64,000 bases of DNA, taken from NCBI GenBank assembly GCA_022564995.1, contig JADFKK010000001.1:30786-94785 (forward strand), given 5' to 3'. The notes beneath the pieces were generated by a model that searched no databases, was not told the origin of the DNA, and worked only from the letters and a program-made list of their open reading frames with translations. Of this stretch, positions 54,290 through 61,384 are shown piece by piece; position 1 is the first letter of the stretch; every line of letters starts with the position of its first letter. The stretch comes from Planctomycetota bacterium (GTDB lineage: Bacteria > Planctomycetota > Planctomycetia > Pirellulales > JADFKK01). A program made the position numbers and the translations under genes.

Positions 54290-54336
54290 TGTGGAAGTCG
54301 GAGTCACTCTGCCCGATTTGGCACGCCGCCACGCTC

Positions 54337-54344
54337 AGCATGCT
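54337..54344. repeat. left flanking 8-mer AGCATGCT of element E2 (probable target-site duplication)
   Basis: The same 8-mer abuts the other end at 57875-57882. The 8-mer is itself palindromic, so it could instead extend the inverted repeat. Confidence 0.6.
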
Positions 54345-54433
54345 GGTAGTGTCCTAATTCGAATCGGCGTCAGAAAGAAACGGTGGAAAGTTAGAAAAGA
54401 CAAGCGGCCTGAAACCGTTTCACTTCGGTGCAG

Positions 54434-55399
54434 CTATTTGCCTGATAGCAGGGACGTAAGTCCCAAAGCGATTGCTGAACCAAGGACCAACATCACGATC
54501 GCCAAAATGATGTTTGCCAGCATAGATCCCGTACCGAATCGGATTCCGAGCGATGTCAGTTTCGCGTCCTGTTCGGTCGTTTTTGCTACCAACATATTCA
54601 CACTCGCCAAGACTTGGCTAGCGCTGCGCGTATTATCGTCAGCGAGGGCTCTTACGGCATCAACATCTTTTGCTGTCCGCCGCAATTCCTGGGTAAGCTG
54701 GCGAACATCGTTGGTCACGTTATCGACGTTACTAGTAAGTCTCTGAATGGGTTCAATAACGTCGCCGTACTGTTGCTTAAGGTCCAGTACGTCTTTTGCC
54801 AGTTGTTGTATCCGTTTGACTTCATCACTGATTTCCGCCCACGGCATAACGTCCATGTTTGCCATGCTGGTGAGAAAATCGCCAGGAAATTCTCCGACCA
54901 GGAGGTCAGGGTCTGACCCAACAGGCTTTTGATCGGAGTCCAACTTCTCAAAGATGAGTGTACAGATTTTACCAGACATCCGCAGAACACGTTTCGCCGA
55001 GGAAGCATTGTAAAGGCCAAACAAAAGATGGCCTTCATACCCTGGATCGACGACGGACCCGGTAAGAAGGATCAACCCCTCGTAAGAAAACTTACGTTTG
55101 GAGCCGATACGAGCGAGCACGTTGTTTGGGAGTTTTAGGCGTTCAAGTGAAATGACCCCAGCGTATGAACCCGGACCGATTGTCAGGCGATCCTTTGTCA
55201 TGTCGATGTCATTGCCATGGCCACCAGAGATTGCCTTCTTGCCGATTCGTACATCGTAGGAAGTTGACTGCAAGCAAGCGCCGTCAAATGTTTCCTCACT
55301 GATTAGCTGTCCATTTTTCACGAAACGGCGAATCTCTTTCTCCGTGAGGATAATACTCCCCTGCGGATCGCTCGGTAGGCGTTGCTGTTCGTCTGCCAT
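54434..55399 (-). CDS. dCTP deaminase/dUTPase-fold N-domain fused to a coiled-coil and a C-terminal TM anchor
   Basis: The N-terminal 160 aa align by eye to Dcd ('ILTEKEI...G.L.I....QS.SYDVRIG', 'VVDPGYEGHLLFGLYN'). Residues 190-290 are heptad-rich. The C-terminus 'MLANIILAIVMLVLGSAIALGLTSLL' is a TM helix. Confidence 0.65.
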   Translation of the reverse strand: MADEQQRLPSDPQGSIILTEKEIRRFVKNGQLISEETFDGACLQSTSYDVRIGKKAISGGHGNDIDMTKDRLTIGPGSYAGVISLERLKLPNNVLARIGSKRKFSYEGLILLTGSVVDPGYEGHLLFGLYNASSAKRVLRMSGKICTLIFEKLDSDQKPVGSDPDLLVGEFPGDFLTSMANMDVMPWAEISDEVKRIQQLAKDVLDLKQQYGDVIEPIQRLTSNVDNVTNDVRQLTQELRRTAKDVDAVRALADDNTRSASQVLASVNMLVAKTTEQDAKLTSLGIRFGTGSMLANIILAIVMLVLGSAIALGLTSLLSGK

Positions 55400-55471
55400 G
55401 ATATTCCCACCCCATCAAAGAAATGCAACAACCAACAACGCCAGTAATTGCCCCAAATGAAACCGAGCCCC

Positions 55472-55510
55472 GCCCATTATTTCGTCCCGCGATGGGGAGG
55501 GGAAGGGCTA
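55472..55510. repeat. dispersed G-tract element, copy 3
   Basis: GCCCATTATTTCGTCCCGCGATGGGGAGGGGAAGGGCTA. Its terminal 17-mer GGGGAGGGGAAGGGCTA is identical to copy 1. Confidence 0.8.
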
Positions 55511-55521
55511 GAAGCCCACGA

Positions 55522-55740
55522 TCACAACAAGTTCTTGATGTCTACTTTGATGGCCTGCGCAAAGCGATAGAGCATACTCAGCCTGGGGTCTCTTGTGCGG
55601 TGGATGAACTGCCACGCGGATTTGCGGGCCGAATTCGCCGGATAGCCCATTTTTCGGCCAAGTTCATCGAGGCTCATGCCAGAGTCCTCGAAAATCTCGG
55701 CGACGCGGGCCATCACGTTTGGTGCGGTCTTCTTGACCAT
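55522..55740 (-). CDS. small XRE/Cro-like HTH regulator
   Basis: 72 aa. 'MSLDELGRKMGYPANSARKSAWQFI' helix-turn-helix. Divergent from ORF 55908. Confidence 0.7.
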   Translation of the reverse strand: MVKKTAPNVMARVAEIFEDSGMSLDELGRKMGYPANSARKSAWQFIHRTRDPRLSMLYRFAQAIKVDIKNLL

Positions 55741-55748
55741 GCCCGGAA

Positions 55749-55766
55749 GTCTATATTGTCATAGAC
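55749..55766. promoter_or_regulatory. operator-like palindrome GTCTAT-N6-ATAGAC in the XRE promoter region
   Basis: GTCTATATTGTCATAGAC. The same arms recur at 56798-56815. A minus-strand TTGACA lies at 55771-55776. Confidence 0.55.
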
Positions 55767-55907
55767 GTTTTGTCAAGTGCGGATTCCGAGTGTGTACCTT
55801 TGACCAGCGAAATTAACTCAGCGCAGGTCACCTGTGTGTTAGTGATTGACATTCATCCTAGATGCAATACAATGAGTTCGTATCGTAACTCACGAAAGGA
55901 TATCACG

Positions 55908-56363
55908 ATGGATGAACAACAAGCGTTGAAAACAGCCGAGCAATTGGCGAAACACCGCGAATTTCTGGATGAAATCCGGGAAAAGCGACTCGCACTCAAA
56001 CATAAACTTGAAAACCTGACAACAGTGGAGAAATACCACGCCGATGAGGTTCTGCGCCTTGAGGGGCCGCTAGCGACCGTCAATCTGGCGCCCGAAGTGC
56101 AGACAGAGACGAGCGATCATGCGGCCCAAAATGGATTTTCTATATCTGAGTCTGCCACCAAACACGAAGCGTGTCGACTCGCCCTAAGAGCAATGGGTCG
56201 CCGCAGCAAGACACCGGAAATTGCGGATTGGCTTGTTGCACACGGCTACGGACGGAACCTCCGAACCAAAATTCTTCGCAACGCCTGTTTTACCGCAATG
56301 GCAAGGAAGGAAGAGATTTTCGATAAGATCGACGGCAAATGGGGGCTAATCGAAGCCGAGTAG
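55908..56363 (+). CDS. hypothetical coiled-coil plus winged-helix-like protein (E2 cargo)
   Basis: Start at 'MDEQQALK' with AAGGA 8 nt upstream. The C-terminal '...TPEIADWLVAHGYG...KIDGKWGLIE' is wHTH-like. Positional counterpart of E1 ORF 9061-9777. Confidence 0.55.
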   Translation: MDEQQALKTAEQLAKHREFLDEIREKRLALKHKLENLTTVEKYHADEVLRLEGPLATVNLAPEVQTETSDHAAQNGFSISESATKHEACRLALRAMGRRSKTPEIADWLVAHGYGRNLRTKILRNACFTAMARKEEIFDKIDGKWGLIEAE

Positions 56364-56619
56364 CAAAGTCTCAGCGGCCCCGGGGGGACCGCTGAGACCT
56401 CGTGTAGATGTCCCCCCGCAATCGCCGGCTCGGCGGGTGTTTGGTTTCGAGGCCACGCCCGTCGTTCCGGCCCAACGCATGGAGGGCCGAGTCCCATGAG
56501 CAACCCGTTAAGGATGCTCGGTGCGATACGTTTATCGCGTGATAAATCCGGCTGACCTCACGGTCAACCAAGTGTCCAGGTCGCGGTCCAACGGGCCGCG
56601 ATCCTGGGCACCCCTTTTT

Positions 56620-56723
56620 GGCACGGTGGCCGAGCAGGTTAAAGCGCCCGGTTTATACCCGGTGGCCTGGGCAAGGATAGCTAGCTCCGACGCCCAGCAT
56701 GGGTTCGATCCCCATCCGTGCCG
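56620..56723 (+). tRNA. class-II (long variable arm) tRNA-like gene, anticodon loop UUUAUAC (UAU), discriminator G
   Basis: Acceptor GGCACGG/CCGTGCC is perfect. T arm ATGGG-TTCGATC-CCCAT. Ser-tRNA-like 'TGGCCGAGCAGGTTAAAG' D region with a weak stem. 35-nt variable region with a 6-bp stem. 104 nt in total. Confidence 0.5.
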
Positions 56724-56777
56724 CTCTGGGGATCGCTGACATTCTATACAAATCGGCTCCCCGCGTCAATTTCTTCA

Positions 56778-56815
56778 TTGACAATCATTGATTGTGTGTC
56801 TATAATGACATAGAC
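56778..56815 (+). promoter_or_regulatory. consensus sigma70 promoter of the E2 transposase with an overlapping operator
   Basis: TTGACA (56778-56783), 17 nt, TATAAT (56801-56806). The palindrome GTCTAT-AATGAC-ATAGAC (56798-56815) covers the -10. Confidence 0.65.
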
Positions 56816-56941
56816 AAGCATGGGATACAAAACCCCGACAACGGCTGTAACCGCTGCCGGGGCGAACCACAACCGGCTTTCGCTGATTGCAGCCTCAACA
56901 CCTCAATCATAGCGAAGCCCAAGAAAAAAGGAACCTTCGCT

Positions 56942-57838
56942 ATGGCTATTCGCCTCCCCCGAGAAAAGCAGCTTGCTTGCCTACAGCACTTGGTCGAGGG
57001 CAACACGATCCGCAGTACCGAAAGGTTGCTGGGCGTCCACCGGGACACCGTCATGCGCCTCATGGTCCGATTCGGAACCGCCTGTCAAACCATGATGGAT
57101 CAGCGGATTCGTGGGCTCACGGTGGACAAGATCGAGATTGATGAGACGTGGACATTCTGCGGTCGAAAGAATCGCACCTTGAGCCCGAATGAGAAGCTTG
57201 AGCGGTACGATCTGGGTGACCAGTACCTCTGGGTCGCGCTTGAAGCCGACAGCAAATTGGTTATCTCGCACGTCGTCGGGAAGCGCAGCGGCGACAACGC
57301 CCGCAGGCTGATTCGAGACTTGTCAGAACGGCTCGTGTTCCCAACTCCCCACGAAGCGGACCTGCACGGCTACCGGCCAATCTGTCAGATTACGACCGAC
57401 ATGTACATCGTCTATCCCGAAGCGATCGACCAGTTTTTCGGACCCTACGTCAAGTACGGGCAGATCAAGAAAGACTACCGCTCGCACGACATGCCCGGCC
57501 GCTACACGCCGGCCGAGATAGTGGCCACGCAGCGGAAAGGGATATTCAACATAGAGGGCGACGAATTGTACGGTCTGAGCACGAGCTACGTCGAACGATT
57601 CAACCTCACGAACCGGGTTTTGCAAAAGCGATTTACCCGATTGTCGCTCGGCTTTTCCAAGAAACTCGACAACCTGAAAGCGGCTTGCTCGATGTTCATG
57701 GGATATTACAATTTCGTTTGGCGGACCCGGCGGCCCGGCAAGAGCGGTCGCTATCGTCCGCCGGCTGCGATGATGGCTGGCGTGACGAGCCGGCTGTGGT
57801 CGTTTGAAGATTTGTACGATGAGGCGATGGCGGCGTAG
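56942..57838 (+). CDS. IS1 family transposase (single fused ORF)
   Basis: Start at 'MAIRLPREKQ'. 'IDETWTFC', 'YLWVALE', 'TTDMYIVY' and 'YVERFNLTNRVLQKR' motifs. Clearly related to, but far from identical with, 10623-11495. Confidence 0.85.
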   Translation: MAIRLPREKQLACLQHLVEGNTIRSTERLLGVHRDTVMRLMVRFGTACQTMMDQRIRGLTVDKIEIDETWTFCGRKNRTLSPNEKLERYDLGDQYLWVALEADSKLVISHVVGKRSGDNARRLIRDLSERLVFPTPHEADLHGYRPICQITTDMYIVYPEAIDQFFGPYVKYGQIKKDYRSHDMPGRYTPAEIVATQRKGIFNIEGDELYGLSTSYVERFNLTNRVLQKRFTRLSLGFSKKLDNLKAACSMFMGYYNFVWRTRRPGKSGRYRPPAAMMAGVTSRLWSFEDLYDEAMAA

Positions 57839-57874
57839 TTTTTCCTTGACGGCAGGTCAAATTAGGACACTACC

Positions 57875-57882
57875 AGCATGCT
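57875..57882. repeat. right flanking 8-mer AGCATGCT of E2
   Basis: Identical to 54337-54344. Confidence 0.6.
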
Positions 57883-57957
57883 CTCTGATTTGCCAACCGG
57901 CAGGCCTAGGAGTAGGATGTGCGGGGCGTCTCGCTGAAATCACAGGAGGAATCCGTC

Positions 57958-59913
57958 ATGCGATTGCTGTCGCCAGGCCTAGTGGTTGCGGTACTTCTGT
58001 TGGCACCTGCGCCGGCCTCGGCCGAGCACGGACGTAGTATCGCGGGAACGGTCTGGCTCTGGGAAACCGAGACGGGCAAGAAGCTGCAACGCTTCGACGG
58101 CCACGAGCGGCAGGTGGTTTGCGTCGACGTTTCGGCAGATGGCCGGCAGGTTCTCTCGGGCAGCCGCGACGGAACGGTCCGGCTGTGGGACGCAAAAACG
58201 GGCAAGGAACTTAAGAAGTACGACACGGGTACGACGCGCGTCGGCATCGTCAAATTCACGCCCGATCAGAAGTCCGCGCTGTTGACCACGCCCGACGGGA
58301 TCATCCATCGATGGAATCTCCGCACAGGCAAGATCGAACATCGTTATCGGCCTAGTCTCGAGATCGACTACAAGTATTACTTCAACGATCATTTGATCGA
58401 TCTGGCTTTCAGTAAAGACGGAACCCGCTTCACTTGCTGTAGTCGGAAAGACGGCATCGGCACGTGGGACTTGAAACGGGGTGAGCCGATCGGACGAGTC
58501 ACCCGATGTGAAGTCGCTGAGAGTGTTGATCTGCGCGGCGATTCGCGGCGTTTAGTCATCGCTCGACGCCGCGGCAGCAGCGACGGGCGGCTGGGAGTGG
58601 TCGACGTGGCAACCCACGACATTCGCTGGTTCAGCGTCCTACCGATCGCTAAGTACGACGGGGGCAGAAGGGCCCGATACGATCTGATTACGTCGGTGGC
58701 CTTCTCACCAAACGGCAAAGTTGTACTTTCGGGCAGCGAGCGGGGCGCCGTGCGCCTCTGGGGGGCAATGAGCGGGAAGCAGCTTCGTCAATTCGACGGG
58801 CACGAGGGGCCCGTGACCTGTGTGCAGTTTTCACCGGACGGAAAATTCGGCCTCTCAGGCAGTCGTGATGGAAGGGTGATGCTGTGGGATGTGCTGCAAA
58901 AGGCGGCCGTGCGACGCTTCATTGGCAATAACGACGAGGTAACCTGTCTCGCGTTTTCCCATGACGGCAAGCGGTTTGCGTCGGCCGGCGGTCGCACGTC
59001 GCCCAGCAAAGCCGTCAAGGCGAAGGCCCCCGAGAAACCTCTCGCGGCGGCGAAACCACGGCGTGCGGTCGATGGACTTGAACAGCCCCTGAACATCGTG
59101 GTCGATTCCAAGGATGAAAAAGTCTATTGGTGTACGAAGTCGGGTATCTATCGGGCCAATGTCGATGGATCGCAGATCGAAGAGGTACACATCGGTGTAA
59201 AAAGACCAACTGACCTCGTCATCGATGAGCGTGCCCGCCGATTGTTCTGGCTGGAACGCGATAACTTTCCACCCGCGATCCATCATTCACGACTGGACGG
59301 TTCCGACCGCAAGTCGATTGACATGAAGGATCGCAAGAAACCGCGTGGAATCATGGCCTTTGCTCTACAGCCCCAAAGCAAGAAAATCTATCTTGTCACG
59401 TCGTATTACGACCGGCGAATCCGCCGTTGCAGCTACGACGGGACGCACCTCGAAGATATTGTGTTGGCGGGGCTGGGAAACGTCCGAACGATTGCCGTCG
59501 ATCCGGTCGAGGGCAAGGTATATTGGACGGATATCCATCTTGGCAAGATCAAACGGGCAAACCTCGACGGCACGAACGTGGAGACGATTCACACCGAAAA
59601 CCCCCCGGGGCAGTCCTTGCGGAATCTCGTCGTCGATCCAACCTCCCGCAAGGTCTTCTGGCGAACGAGTTCGCATGGCGGCGGGCCAGACGCCATTCGT
59701 CGGTCTAATCTCGACGGCTCGAATGTGGTCGACTTGCTGGTCGTGAACCACGGGAAAGGTGGACCCCAGGGAAAAATACACACTTTTCGTGACAAGTCTG
59801 CTAGTAATAGCATCTATGTCTTCAGCGTAGACACCCGAAACGGCTGGCTATACTGGACTCCGAGCCGAAGTGACAAAATCATGAGGATTCGCATGGCCGG
59901 CAAGTCACGCTGA
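57958..59913 (+). CDS. secreted WD40 repeat plus YWTD (LDL-receptor class B) beta-propeller protein
   Basis: Start at 'MRLLSPGLVVAVLLLAPAPASA' (AGGAGG upstream). WD40 units ('SGSRDGTVRLWD'). C-terminal 'KVYWTD...ANLDG' repeats. Confidence 0.8.
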   Translation: MRLLSPGLVVAVLLLAPAPASAEHGRSIAGTVWLWETETGKKLQRFDGHERQVVCVDVSADGRQVLSGSRDGTVRLWDAKTGKELKKYDTGTTRVGIVKFTPDQKSALLTTPDGIIHRWNLRTGKIEHRYRPSLEIDYKYYFNDHLIDLAFSKDGTRFTCCSRKDGIGTWDLKRGEPIGRVTRCEVAESVDLRGDSRRLVIARRRGSSDGRLGVVDVATHDIRWFSVLPIAKYDGGRRARYDLITSVAFSPNGKVVLSGSERGAVRLWGAMSGKQLRQFDGHEGPVTCVQFSPDGKFGLSGSRDGRVMLWDVLQKAAVRRFIGNNDEVTCLAFSHDGKRFASAGGRTSPSKAVKAKAPEKPLAAAKPRRAVDGLEQPLNIVVDSKDEKVYWCTKSGIYRANVDGSQIEEVHIGVKRPTDLVIDERARRLFWLERDNFPPAIHHSRLDGSDRKSIDMKDRKKPRGIMAFALQPQSKKIYLVTSYYDRRIRRCSYDGTHLEDIVLAGLGNVRTIAVDPVEGKVYWTDIHLGKIKRANLDGTNVETIHTENPPGQSLRNLVVDPTSRKVFWRTSSHGGGPDAIRRSNLDGSNVVDLLVVNHGKGGPQGKIHTFRDKSASNSIYVFSVDTRNGWLYWTPSRSDKIMRIRMAGKSR

Positions 59914-59935
59914 GCGATGCGATGATTGGAGGCAA

Positions 59936-61288
59936 ATGATGACCCGTTTTCGATTCGCTCTCGGTTTGCTGTTGTTAGTGTCTTGCTTCGCCGCCGCCGC
60001 ACAGGCCGCGGAGCCAGAGCGCCCCAACTTCGTGATTATCTTCACCGACGATCAGGGTTACGGCGATTTGAGTTGCTTCGGATCGAAGACGATCCGTTCG
60101 CCGCGGCTCGACCGGCTGGCCGCCGAGGGCACGCGATTCACCAACTTTTATGCCCAGGTCGTCTGCGGGCCGTCGCGGTCGGCATTGCTAACGGGCCGCT
60201 ATCCGATTCGCAGCCGCGGTTGGAGCATGCCGGCCAGCGAAATCACCATCGCCGAGCTTTTGAAAACGGCCGGCTACACGACCGGCTGCATCGGCAAGTG
60301 GGACGTGTCGAACCGCCGGCCGTTCATCGAGCGGATGCCCAACGCCCAAGGTTTCGACTATTTCTGGGGCACGCTGGGGGCCAACGACGGCGGCGGCGTG
60401 CGGTTTCATCACAACAACAAGCCGGACGGCGCGACCCGCGACATGGCCAGCCTCACCAAGACGTACACCGACAAGGGCATTGAGTTTCTCAAAGCCAACA
60501 AGGACAAACCGTTCTTTCTCTATTTGGCCCACACGATGGTGCATTCGGTGATCGATGCCTCGCCGCAATTCAAAGGCAAATCGAAAGGCGGGCTGTACAG
60601 CGATACGGTCGAGGAGTTGGACTTTCATACCGGCCGCCTGCTCGACGCGATCGACGAACTTGGGCTGCGCGACAATACGATCGTCATCTTCACCAGCGAC
60701 AACGGCGCCTGGAACAACATGCAGGGGCCCTTGCGCAAGAAACACAACGGGGCGATCGCTTGGGGATCGTCGGGGCCGCTGCGCGAAGGCAAAGGCTCGA
60801 CCTACGAGGGCGGGCTACGCGTGCCGTGCATCGTCCGCTGGCCGGGCCACGTGCCGGCGGGACGCACGAGCGACGCCATCTTTGCTACGATTGATTTCAT
60901 GCCGACTTTCGCCCATCTGGCCGGTTACAAGCTGCCCAAGGATCGCATCATCGACGGAGTCGATCAGACCGACTTGCTGTTGGGAAAGAGCAAAGACGGC
61001 GCCCGCGATCATTACTATTACTTCTGCCGCAACGAAATGCACGCCGTGCGCAAGGGCAAATGGAAACTGCGGCTGCCGGGGCTGAAGAGCCACTATGGCT
61101 ACGTCAAAGACAAGGGGTCCGGAAAGATCGAACTTTACGACCTGACGGCCGATATCGGCGAGAAGAAGAACCTCGCCAAGGACCAGCCGGAGGTCGTCGC
61201 TGAGTTGCTCGGTTTGGCCAAGGCTTTCAAGCCGCCCAAGGAATTGGGCGATCCGGGGATTCGGGCAAAGCCGCAAGCGGAGAAATGA
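59936..61288 (+). CDS. sulfatase (formylglycine-dependent arylsulfatase family)
   Basis: Signal peptide. 'CGPSRSALLTGRY' C-x-P-x-R motif. 'FTSDNG'. Confidence 0.9.
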   Translation: MMTRFRFALGLLLLVSCFAAAAQAAEPERPNFVIIFTDDQGYGDLSCFGSKTIRSPRLDRLAAEGTRFTNFYAQVVCGPSRSALLTGRYPIRSRGWSMPASEITIAELLKTAGYTTGCIGKWDVSNRRPFIERMPNAQGFDYFWGTLGANDGGGVRFHHNNKPDGATRDMASLTKTYTDKGIEFLKANKDKPFFLYLAHTMVHSVIDASPQFKGKSKGGLYSDTVEELDFHTGRLLDAIDELGLRDNTIVIFTSDNGAWNNMQGPLRKKHNGAIAWGSSGPLREGKGSTYEGGLRVPCIVRWPGHVPAGRTSDAIFATIDFMPTFAHLAGYKLPKDRIIDGVDQTDLLLGKSKDGARDHYYYFCRNEMHAVRKGKWKLRLPGLKSHYGYVKDKGSGKIELYDLTADIGEKKNLAKDQPEVVAELLGLAKAFKPPKELGDPGIRAKPQAEK

Positions 61289-61384
61289 GGCCGGCAGCGG
61301 CTGAGCGTCTGCTATAATGGGCGATTTGACCCTGGCGTGGATTTTCCTCCCGCTGGACCAACTCGCTGCGACCGCAGGACGACA

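Larger units (their letters stand above)
54345..57874 (+). mobile_element. IS1-family cargo transposon E2 (3530 bp)
   Basis: Perfect 15-bp terminal inverted repeats GGTAGTGTCCTAATT (54345-54359; reverse complement of 57860-57874). 8-bp flanking repeat. IS1-type transposase at the right end. Cargo of lower GC. Same gene order as E1. Confidence 0.75.

Noticed and set aside
10623-57838. The two IS1-type transposase genes considered as the arms of a 47-kb composite transposon
   Set aside because: The two copies are strongly diverged in protein and DNA sequence, are in direct orientation, and each has its own IR pair and its own 8-bp flanking repeat.
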